Of a DNA stretch of 64,000 nucleotides, positions 32,869 to 43,222 are shown piece after piece. The translations under genes and the position numbers were made by a program. The notes below the pieces were generated by a model. The model made no database searches, was not told the DNA's origin, and worked only from the letters and a program-made list of their open reading frames with translations. The first letter of the stretch is position 1. Each line of letters starts with the position of its first letter. The stretch is from Sminthopsis crassicaudata (lineage: Eukaryota), in assembly GCF_048593235.1 (NCBI RefSeq), contig NC_133622.1:252344055-252408054 (forward strand), in the 5' to 3' direction.

Positions 32869-35705
32869 TAATCTCCCCACAGCAGGTCCCTGAGAGAGGA
32901 TGGGGGTCCAGGCTGGGCTGGGAGCAGTGGCCGGGCCATTGATCTCGGGGACATTTATCACTCAGCTGTTCTGCTCAGGCTTGGTGCTGGCCTGGAGAAA
33001 CAGGGCATCTAGATAAGGCAGTTTCTACACCCCCACAGGCAGTTCTTACCCAGGCCAGGTGTTGGCGCTAGAGAGGACGCTTGTTCTGGGCACAGCAATT
33101 GCTGAGTGACTTTGGACCAGTCACAGCATCTCTGAGCCTCAGGGGCTGCATTTGTAAACTGGGGGGGGGTCAGTTTCTTCCCTGCCAACCCGCACTCGTG
33201 GGGCTGCCAAAAGCCTCCCAGGAGCCAAGGGATGAGAAACCTCTCTGTGGAACGCCGGCAGACGTGGGCTAGAAGAGCTGGCAAGGCCTTTAGTTCAGTC
33301 CAGTTCAACCTCGTTTCACAGATGAGGAAACTGAGATGACTAAGGCCCCCAGGTGGGGGAGGGAGTGACAGCCTAGGAGCCCATACCCCACTCTCAGCTC
33401 TTCCCATCCCACGGAGCAGGCGGCCCCTTCCCTGACTACAGTGACGGGCATGAAGGGCACCTGGGGGCGGGAGCTAGCGAGTGGGCATGAGTGGAGGAGC
33501 CAGAGGCTTTGGGAACTTTCTCTGACCTCTCTCTTTGCAGGATCGGGAACTGGGCCCCGAGGAGCTGGATGGTGAGCTGCTGTGGAAACTGAGGCAGGGA
33601 GGGGGGAGGGACCTTGTGGAGCTGGGAACAGAGAAATGAGCAGGGGCTGGCCGGTCCTGGTGTTGGTGTAGATGGATGGTGGGGGCCAGTAGGGCCACAG
33701 GGGATCTGCATCTGTGATGGGGGGAGAGGGTGCTGAGTTCTGACCTTCCTTTCTCCCCCATCATGCCCTTGGGCCCGGATAGAGCTGTTCCAGGCCTTCA
33801 ACGAATTCGACACGGACCAGGATGGCTACATCAGCTACCGGGAGCTGGGGGCCTGCATGCGGACGCTGGGCTACATGCCCACCGAGATGGAGCTCATCGA
33901 GATCTCCCAGCATGTCAAGATGAAAAGTCAGTGTCCGAGACCCTGGGCGTGGGGCGGGGGTCACGTGCCCAGTATGATTGTTAGTGTGTGTGTGTGAGTG
34001 TGATTGTGTATGTGAGTGTGTATGAGTGTGAGTAGGTGTTAGGATTACTAAGTGAGAACTCGGGTTGTCTTAGAGGAAGAAAAGAATGGGCGTGGGATAA
34101 TGCAAGGGCTTCTGGGAAGAACCACCTCAGCCAATGAGCCTGCTCCTTCCATCAAGTCAACCTGAGTTCTCACCTTGTAATTGTCCAACCTGAATTCTCA
34201 CCTTGTCACTATCCAGACAACCCGAGTTCTCACTTAGTAATCCTAACAAGTAGGAGTTGGGGGGGGGGGGCAGAAGTCTCCTGGTGGCCATATTGGAGCA
34301 GAATCTTGAAGGATGCTTGGAAAACCAAGCAGGTGAGGAGGGGGTGCAGCATGGCATCGATGGGCAAAGGCTCTGAGGTGGGAGGTGGGGAAGAGCAAGG
34401 AAGCCTGTCATTGGGTGTTTGGAGGGTTTAAAAACCAAGCGAAGGGTTCTGGATCCGCTCTCGGTGGGACTTTTTGATAGGTAGTTGGCCCAACCCTGGG
34501 CCAACCCGGGGTTCTGTCCTAGACTCCGTGGAGGCCGAGGAGGCCGGCCAGTGAGATAAGGGGGAGGAAGGCCCCTGGCGGGTCTTTGGGAGTCTCCAGG
34601 GAGGTCAGCTTTCCCCAAAGACCTGGCCAAGAGGCACCGAGGAATGGCCAGAGAGGGAGGAGGACGGGGGTCCCAGAGAAGCCCCCCCAGTATGAAGGGC
34701 TGCAGAGGGACCCACAGAGAGAGACGGGGACAGAGCCACCGAGTCCGGCCATTGCAGGGACTGGAGGGAGGGCGGCTGGCACCCCGGAGTGAGACTGTGG
34801 GGTCTACGCGGGCTGTAGCAGGAGCAGTCAGGGCAAAGCCCCTCCCAGGTTTGCAAATGCAAGGGAGGCTCTAAGGGAGCGGGCAGGGGAGCCGAGGCCC
34901 GGCCAGGGTGAGGGCTCCGGGCAGACGCGCTCTGGGCACAGAGCTCCCAGGCCGCCCGCTAACGCTCCCCGGGCTCCGCAGTGGGCGGCTGCGTGGACTT
35001 CGAAGAATTTGTGGAGATGATGGCGCCCAAGCTCCGGGAGGAGACGGCCCACATGCTGGGCATCCGGGAGCTCCGCATCGCTTTCCGAGAGGTAGGGAGA
35101 GCGGTGTGAGTGTGAGAGCGGGAGTGTGTGTGTGAGTGTGTGTGAGTGTGAGAGAGGGAGTGGCCAGCCCTTTCCCTGGGGGCGGGGCAGGGGCTGAGCC
35201 CTTTCCCTGGGGGCGGGGCAGGGGCTGAGCCCTTTCCCTGGGGGCGGGGCAGGGGGCTGAGCCCTTTCCCTGGGGGCGGGGCAGGGGGGCTGAGCCCTTA
35301 ACCTGGGGGCGGGGCAGGGGGCTGAGTGAGCCCTTTTCTCAGGGGGCCTGAGGGGCAGGCGTCTGAGCCCCTCTCCCCGGCTCTCCCGCAGTTCGATGCC
35401 GACAGGGACGGCCGGATCACGGTGGCCGAGCTGCGCACTGCCGCCCCGGCCCTGCTCGGGGAGCCCCTGGTGGGACCTGAGCTGGAGGAGATCCTTCGCG
35501 AGGTCGATCTCAACGGAGACGGCCACGTGGACTTTGACGGTGAGACTGAAGTGCGCACGTGGCCCGGGCCCCGTCCCACTCGCCCCCCCCCACGGGGGCA
35601 CTCCCAGGACTCCCCGCTGCTCCCCCCTTTCCCCCCTCCCCCCCGCCCAGACATTCATCGGCTTCCCCCTCCCCAGAGTTCGTGATGATGCTGTCAGCAC
35701 CTTAA
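32201..35705 (+). CDS. CABP4: Calcium-binding protein 4, 287 aa
   Basis: Exons 32201-32602, 33541-33571, 33783-33926, 34982-35091, 35392-35539, 35677-35705 sum to 864 nt, in frame. Long basic N-terminal exon ending PLLNTVFGK, then [13 protein letters not shown]-hands [24 protein letters not shown] and [12 protein letters not shown], with a degenerate EF2. Confidence 0.95.
32790..32865. repeat. (CT)n-like plus (CA)n microsatellite in CABP4 intron 1
   Basis: About 20 uninterrupted CA units after a CT-rich stretch. Confidence 0.95.
34037..34248. mobile_element. 212-bp inserted element with TG...CA ends, perfect 34-bp terminal inverted repeats and a 6-bp TSD (LTR-like/foldback)
   Basis: 34037-34070 is the exact reverse complement of 34215-34248. 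AGTAGG flanks both sides (34031-34036 and 34249-34254). It contains internal direct repeats, a CCAAT box and a GC box. Confidence 0.85.
35165..35330 (+). repeat. About 31-bp G-rich VNTR, 5 copies, in CABP4 intron 4
   Basis: GCCCTTTCCCTGGGGGCGGGGCAGGGG(G)CTGA repeated. Confidence 0.9.
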
Positions 35706-38300
35706 GCTGCAGCTCCGGCCCGAGGCCAGACCGGGCCCAGCGCGCCTCCTGCTGTGACGTCACCGCGCTGGCTGGCCCCGACCCCGCGGAGTCCGAGGCC
35801 TTCTCCAGCGTTCCCGGCACGCCCCTCGCCCCGTGGCTCCCCCCCCACTCAGCCGGTGGAGAGGCCATCTAGTCCCAGCCTGTGCGGCAGGGAACCGGAA
35901 GGCCGGGCCGGGAGGGGCCGCCCCGCCTCCGAGCCCCTCCTGCCCGCCTCCCACTGCCTTGGGCTCCAGTTGTGAGAGGGGGGATCGGGCTCAGCTCCGA
36001 GGTCCTCTCCGCTGCCCCGGGAGCAGCTCGTCACACACTTGATGGCAGAGTCGGGACTTGAACCCAGTCCTGTCTCCAGGTTCACACCTCCCCAGGAAGC
36101 CCTCCTTGGCCCGCCCACTGTCCCGGCGCCTCCAGCTGCGCCAGGAGCCAGCGGGATTCGCCCTTTTCCGGCTCTCCCAGAGCTCAGCCCACCAGGGCTC
36201 CGGCGGTCCCCGCCGGGCCAGCAGAGGTCCCCCAGAGGCGAGGTTTCCCATCTCCAGCTGCCCCGGGGCCTCGGGACTTGCTCCGCATGGGTTCTCTGGG
36301 CGCCTCCTGCGCTGGCTGCTCCCGGCTCCCCCCGGCAGAGCTGAGCTCAGAGGGCCCCGCCAGCCCCTTCCCAAGAAGCGACAGGAAAGGGCTCGGGCTC
36401 AGCCGGAGCTAGGGCCTGCCAGCTCCTTGGCGTGGCCCACATTCTGGGCTGGCTCAGACCGACCCGGGCCAAGAACTGGGACGCCGGCCCCCAGTTCCCC
36501 CGTCCGCGTCAGTCTCTGGATGCCCTTGGCCCCCGCCTCGGCCAGCTGCCACCCTGGGGCCCGGAGGAAGCCGCCCGCTCGCCGGCCCCAGAGCATCTGC
36601 CCGGCCCCCAGACTCCTTGGGAGGAAAGCCTGGCACTCAGAAAGCTGGGCTGCTAACGCGCTCGGGGAGGGGAGGGGGCTAAGGTCCTAAGGGATGCAGC
36701 TTCCGATACCAGAAGCAGGAAGGAGGGCTACAGGTGCGGAACAGCCCCCAGGCCCGGGCCGGACCACGTGTCCGGCAAAGAGTTCTGGAGGGGGAGCACA
36801 GATGGAGCACCTTCCCTTTGTCCCTGTATTCCATGTCCAGCTCCCTCTGTGCCTGCAAGTCCTGGGACCCAAAGTAAAGCGTATCTCCCGTGGCACCCAA
36901 GCACAAGAGCCCCTCCCCCCCAAATCCCAGCCCCTCCTCTCTGGCTTCCTAATCACTCACTGCAGGGTTTGCAGAGCGCTGCCCTTTTAGGGATGGAGAC
37001 AAGTGCTCCTCTCCCCCCATTAGACGGACATTCGTCCATCTTTTATCTGCATAGTCAGGGCCTGAGGCAGGATCTGGCCTCCCTTTCTGGACCATTCAGC
37101 CAGCCTGCAGATCCTGCCTCTGACTGGTGAGCCGCGTGCCAGAGGCTGAAGATCCCCATCTAGGAGATGGGGATACACTGGCAGGGCTGCTATGAGAATC
37201 AGATGGAATCCCTCTCCATGTCAAGCCCTTGGAAAATGGCGAAGTGGGCTGTTCTTAGAAGGGGTGACCGCAGGAGGGGAGGGTGCCAAGCCTTCTCCCC
37301 AGGCCTAGGGCCCGAGGAATCCATTCTGGACCCGCATCCAGAGCTCGTCGTCCCAGGGGGCCAACTTAAAGCTCCTCCCCGGGTCCTGCAGCGGGAGGCT
37401 GGCCGCCTGACCAGACCCAGACCTTCACGCACTCACACACAATCACACTCAGACACACACTCACGGGGAAGGCTTCAGCCACTCTGAGGGAGCTTCCGGG
37501 GTGTTGAGCCCAGTTCTGGGCCTCACAGTTTAAAAAGGAAGGGCCCAGAGGAGAGTGAAGACGGTTACTGCCCTTGAAGGACCTGGGGGTGCCCTAAGCC
37601 GGCTTCAAGCATGGAAGGTTAATGGAGGAGAGACCAGCCTTGTGCTGCTGGCTGCCCCCCTCTCCCCAGAGGGCACAACTGGCAGCAGTGAATGAAGTGA
37701 ATTAGGGGGTACCAGGAAGAGCTTCCTAGAAACCAGAGGGGAGGCAGCCCAAAGAGAGCCTGGGGATCCCTTCCTCAGAGATCTGCGTGTGGAGGCCCAG
37801 GACTACTGCCAGCCTCTGGAGGGGGCCAGGATCCCTTGAGATATAGTCGGGATCCCAGGACTTGGCATGAGCAGGATGGAAAGAGGTGAAGGGTTCTTCC
37901 AGAGCGCCGGGAACCTTCCTCCCTCACTAGCCAGGTCCCCGATCCAGAGTCCAGGGAAGGGGAGGGAGAGGCCCAAGGGCGTGGAACCCAATGGGATGTT
38001 GTGTAGGGAGAAATAGGAACAATCCAAAGTTTTGTATGGAATGACCCAAAGCCAAGAAAATCGAACCATGAGACAATTTCCAGGAGGACCCCAGTTCTAT
38101 AAAGAACTAGAAGAGCAAGACTCAAGAACTGTGACCGAGGCAGTGACAGCTCAGTGGTGAAGCCAGCTGCAGACCTTTAGGCGGAGGTGGTGGGCTGCAA
38201 GTTTTGAATGAGTCATGCACTGGCCACCCAGTTGTTTTGCTGTGTTATGCTCTGTTACAAGGGAAAGATCTATTGGACGAGAGGGTGGGGTCTGTGCTAG

Positions 38301-38352
38301 AATAAATAAATAAAATAAACAAATAAAAATCCCAAACCTTCTCACCTTTATT
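38301..38352. terminator. Back-to-back poly(A) signals: AATAAA cluster (+, probably CABP4) and AATAAA (-, probably TMEM134)
   Basis: AATAAATAAATAAAATAAACAAATAAAA from 38301 on +; TTTATT at 38347-38352. I saw no earlier canonical hexamer after either stop codon. Confidence 0.55.
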
Positions 38353-39293
38353 TCCTGAGGGCAACCCTTTGCAGGAGGGGGGCAGGCAACAGGTGTGGAA
38401 TAGTACATATGTGACCAGCCTGCTCCTCCATTTCCTTTTAATCATGTGACAAGAGGAGACTCTCTAAGGAAAGGAGCTGGGATCTCTTTGGAAGTGAGGG
38501 CGATATAAAGCTGATAGAAAGCCGGAAAAAAGGCCGGCCTGGTGAGGGGCGAGGTCCCCCTCCAGCCACAGTGGCAGAGCCAAGGCTGCACCTCAGGGAC
38601 CCACGGCCAAGCCCTCGGTAAACCAAGCCCTTCTGGGTCAGCTGCCTCTGCGTGATGGGGATCCTCCCAGTCGGGTGCCTGAGTTAAGAGGTGGAGTCTT
38701 TAAACTTGGCCACTTGGGGGCGGCCGAGAGTGGGGACAGAAGCAGGGCGAGTAGGGAGGAAAGAGCCAGTTCTCCCAGACAGGATCAAAGCCATTTTGTT
38801 GAGACAGAAGGCCCAGAATGCAAGGATGCCTCGAGCCCCCTAATAAGTTAAAGGCACCGGGATTGAAGACTGGACGGGCTAAGGAAGGAGGAGGGACAGG
38901 GGCAGGAAACTTCCTGAGAAAAAGCAAAGCTCGGATCCCAGGGGTCCTGGGCCAAAGGCCTAGGTTAGGAGCCAGAGGCCTAGCAGGGTCGGAGCTGCCT
39001 TGGTGTTGAGGTCAGGAGGCAGAGGCCAGGGTGGGGATCCAGACTTGCTGCCCCCCAAGCTGGCCGCCTCTGGCCAAGGTACTGGTTATTGCTCCTCTCC
39101 GGGAAGAGCCAAGCCCAGAGGTCTCTTTCCACTCTGCATCCCAGGAGGGGGAAGGGATCCGTCCCCAGCCAGGCCCCTTCCCCAGCCTCTTCCTCCTGCC
39201 CAGGCTGGAGTTGTCCGGCCTCAGTGACTGGCCTCAGTATCCGGCCAGCTGCAGTCATTTCCGGGCTGCTGACGTAGCAGCCGGGCCCCGGGC

Positions 39294-42085
39294 TCATTTC
39301 TCAAAGTAAGGCAAGTAGAAAAACTGGAAACCTCGGTGGCCCTTGACAGCGAAGTAAATGAAGATGACGTGGTAGACTGGAAGGGAGAGGCTTGTCAGCA
39401 CCTTGGCCTCCATCACCCCCGCCCAGGCCCCAGGAAGTGGCCTCCCCTCCCCCTCCCAGAACCCAGGAAGTAGAGACCCTTCCCCCCCTCCCAGACCCTT
39501 GGAAGTGGAGACTCTCCCCTCTCCCCCAGACCCCAGGAAGATGAGACCCGACCCTCCCCCTCCCAGACCCCAGGAAGTGGAGACTCTCCCCTCCCCCTCC
39601 CAGACCCCAGGAAAAGGAGGGCTCCCCCTTCCCCCCAGGCTTGGGACACACCTCCAGGAATGAGCAGCAGGAAGCCAGGGACAAGGAAGATGGCACTGGA
39701 GACGCCTGCAGGGGGAGAGGTAGGCAGGCTGGACTCCAGCCCAGGCTCTGGGCCCAGACTAAAGAGAAATGGGCAGGAGGCAGCCGAGGGCCCAGCCATC
39801 CTATCCCCAGAGCCCAGGAAGGAGCCTCTTTTCTCTTTCCCAATCCTGTTCTTCCTTCTCCCAAGTACAAATAAACTGCAGGGAAGGAGATCAGGGTGCT
39901 CACCTGGAGAAGGGTTCACCTGCAGTCCTATCCCGGTGAGGATGAGTACTTCAGTTTGAAGGCCAGGAGAGAAATGGGGGGGAAAGAAGTGGGGTGGGGG
40001 GGAGAAAAGGGTGCTAGGTCAGAGACTCTGGTGATCCCTGGATTGTTCCCCTTAATACTTCCCGGGCCCCCTCCCCCTTGGAGGCCCTCAGGATCTTCCC
40101 CACCCCCCAGTCAGAGTCAGATTTAGAGGCCAGCCTGCCCAAGCCCCCATTTTCCAGTTGACAAGACAGAGGCCCAGAGGTCACTCAGACATTAAGTGGG
40201 GGCTTTTCTGCCTCCAGATCCACTACTGCCCTCTCGGCCCCACCTCTGCCAAACACACCCATTCCCCCATCTTGCTTTGGGGATGGGAATCTGGGGGAGG
40301 GGCTTTCCCTAGAAGGGCATCAGCTCCTTGGGGTCCCCGGGGCTTCCTCGATCGCTGCCTTGGGGCCTTGCCACCACTAGCTTAGAGCGGGGCACATGGT
40401 CCCCTCTGCGGAGACGATGGGGGTCTGGCCCAGCTCCTGCCACTGTTCCAGGACTGTAGGCAAGGAGACTCGTGGGGGTGGAAGTATCTGTGAAACTGGG
40501 GCCCCCAGCCCCTCCCTTATCTCCAGAGGCCCCGCTGCTCATTAGCCTAAACGGTCTCCATTGTCTCTGGGGCACGATTAGGAGGCGGGAAGGAAGCCCC
40601 GGGGCCATCTTACCTGAAGCAGGACCTCCCCCCTTCCTTCCTTCCCTCCCCCTCCCAGCCCCCCCCTCCACTTCCCCCAGTGCAAAATGGGAAGGCCGCT
40701 GGGAGCCTCGGGTGGGAGGGGGCAGGCCGCGGAGTCCCACACTCACTGAGGCCCAACAACAGCAGCAGAAAGGAGGCCAGAACCACCCGGCGATTCTTCT
40801 GGATCAGAGGGTGCTGGGTCCAGCTGCGGCCATACCAAAAGTCAGAAACAGGGCGGCAAACATCACATCGCGGTTGTAAAGGCAGCAGCCAATCGGCTCC
40901 CTCCCTCCCGTTTTACGCCGGGGGAAACTGAGTCCCGAAGAGGTTAAAGTCACAGACAAGTCAGGGGCGGATTGACTGGTCTCCGCATTGGAAGCCTAGT
41001 GCCCCCGTGGGCCGAGTTTAGAAAAGGAGGGGGCAGGGGCAGGAGCGGGCTCCGGGAGAGCAGGGACGGAGGAGGGGGAGGGGCGGGGCGGGAGCGGGGG
41101 AGGGGCGGGACAGGGCCGCGCTCACCTGCAGCAGGCCCGGTAGGAGCGCTGGGTGCCGTTGCTGATGGTGCTGAAGGACCACTGGGAGCTGCGGGTGGAG
41201 GAGGGGCCGGAGTCCCTGCTGGGAGAGGCCGCACTGAGCAGGGGGTCTCCCGCCAGGAGCTGGGGGAGGGGCGGGGGGCGGGGGCAGCCCTAACCTGATC
41301 TTCGGAGCTCCGTCGGGGTCCGAGGGGATCCGGGGCCCGTCCTCGTCGTTCTCCAAGTTCTGCTCCAAAACAACCGAGGGATGGCTGGGCGGCGGGGAGG
41401 GCGGGGGAGGGGCGATCCCGGGGCCCCCTCCCCCACCGGCCCGGCCTCCGCCAGCTGCCACCAGCCCGACGAGTTGGATGATTCACAGAAACCGAAACCG
41501 GTCGAGGCGGGAGGCTCGGAGGCTGAGCCCGACCTGAGGTGTCTGCCCAGGCAGGGCTGCCGCGGGCCGGGGCTCTTTCTCTGGGGGCGCAGGGGGACTG
41601 GCGGGGGGCGGCGTGTGCTTACGGAAGGGAAAGGGGCCTGGCTGGGAAGGTGCCGCTCGCCAGGAAGGGACTCCAGGGCCTCGGAAGCGCGTCTTCCCTA
41701 AGTGTAATGGGGGGGGGGGGCTTGATTTCCAGGGTCTCCTCCAGTTTGGAGGCTTATGACTTGGGCTTGGGGCCAGATTGGGGCCCAGTCAGATCCTGGG
41801 ATTCGAAGCTGGAAGGGGCCTTGGTGAGGATCCAGCGCGATGCTCCCATTTTATAGATGGGGAAACTGAGGCCGAGAAGCCGGGGAGCCGGCCAGGGACC
41901 TGGGGAGGCGGACGCTGTTCTCTCACCTGGTACTTGAGACGAGACTGCTTCTCGCCCTCCTCGCTTTTGCGCTCAAAGTGCAGCGCCCCGAAGCGCGCGG
42001 GGGCCCCCCCGGCTCCCGGGCCCCCCTCCTCCAGGGACAGCTCAAAGGCATCATCGATGCTGAACTCGGAGCGGCCGCCGCTCAT
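39294..42085 (-). CDS. TMEM134: Transmembrane protein 134, 190 aa
   Basis: Exons 41927-42085, 41295-41359, 41126-41215, 40747-40823, 39904-39948, 39652-39705, 39294-39376 sum to 573 nt, in frame. Motifs FSIDDAFELSLE, QHPLIQKNRRVVLASFLLL and C-terminal GFQFFYLPYFEK. Confidence 0.95.
39420..39640. repeat. Degenerate repeat of about 35 bp, about 6 copies, in the last TMEM134 intron
   Basis: CCCCTCCCCCTCCCAGACCCCAGGAAG(T/A)(G/A)GAGAC recurs. Confidence 0.8.
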
Positions 42086-43134
42086 GGCTCGGCGCCCGCA
42101 TGGAGCGGCCCGCAGCTGGCCGCCCGGGCCGGCCTCAGAGCCCCATGGGCCGCGCGCCGCTGGGCTGCGCCGACCACTCGGCACCCGGAGCCACCTCGAA
42201 CCTCGCCTCCGCCTCCCGGGACGCGGCCGCTCGCTCCAGCCCGGAGTGGCTGGGGGAGGGGAGAAGGGGGCTGCTGGGGGAGGGGGGGGAGGAGGAGCTA
42301 GGGTCCCCACCCCCCCACGGGAGACGAGGCAGGAGCAGTCAACCGCCTATGGCCGGATAGCTTCACCTAACCCCGGGTGGAAGAGGAGGGAGGGGCGCCA
42401 GTTAGGGGTGGGGGTGAGCTGGGAGGGAGGAGCGGAGAGGAGGAAGAAGGAAGGAGGAAACTCCCCTTCACTTATGAGTATTGATGTGGGAGGCCACATT
42501 AAACTGTTCCTCTGAAAAAGATCCCACGGTTCCAGTGGCCTGTGAATTCCATCTGAGTCAGTTGTGTGAACTCGCTGAACGACAATCGGCCATTAATTAT
42601 CTTCTAAGAACAGACAGCCGGATGGTGCAGTGGATAGTGCCGGGCCTGGAGTCCGGACTTCCGACTCAAACATTTACTCGTGACTGCCCCCGGCTCTGGG
42701 TTGTCAGAGAGCTCACCCGACACCCTGAATGGGGGGTTAGGGACGGGGTCCCAAGGGGACAATTTTCCATTTTTCTTGTTTTCTTGTATCCATCTACACC
42801 AGGAAAAGCCGATATTCTTCGCATCTAATGCCCTTCCTTTCTAGGCACTTGAGGTAACAAATATATATTGAGAGCAGGACAGCCTTTATTTCTGGCCACA
42901 GAAAATTCCCAAAGCACAAAGCACTGCGGAAGTCTATAAAGATCCCAGAGCTCTGGAAGAGTTCCTGAGCTGCCCCGGGAGGAACCTGAGGCTGGATTGC
43001 TCCGCAAGGACTCAGGGAGACCTCGACATTCTGCCCTGGGGCTCTTTCCCCCAGAATTATGCCCAATTTCCCTCCTCCCAATACAATCTAGAGACTCAGA
43101 TGGAAAGGGAACCTTGCGGGCTGCATATTGACTT

Positions 43135-43222
43135 CAAGAACCACAGGCTCTCCCCGATCCGAGAACCATAGGCCATCCCACTCCATACTGACTCCGAGAA
43201 CCACAGGCTCTCCCTCTCCGTG
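43135..43222. repeat. Short direct repeat, 3 copies
   Basis: GAACCA(C/T)AGGC(T)C at about 43138, 43162 and 43197. Confidence 0.6.

Noticed and set aside
37152-37174. Perfect 10-bp hairpin ATCCCCATCT-AGG-AGATGGGGAT
   Set aside because: Lies in a MIR-type core that is naturally quasi-palindromic; too short to imply function.
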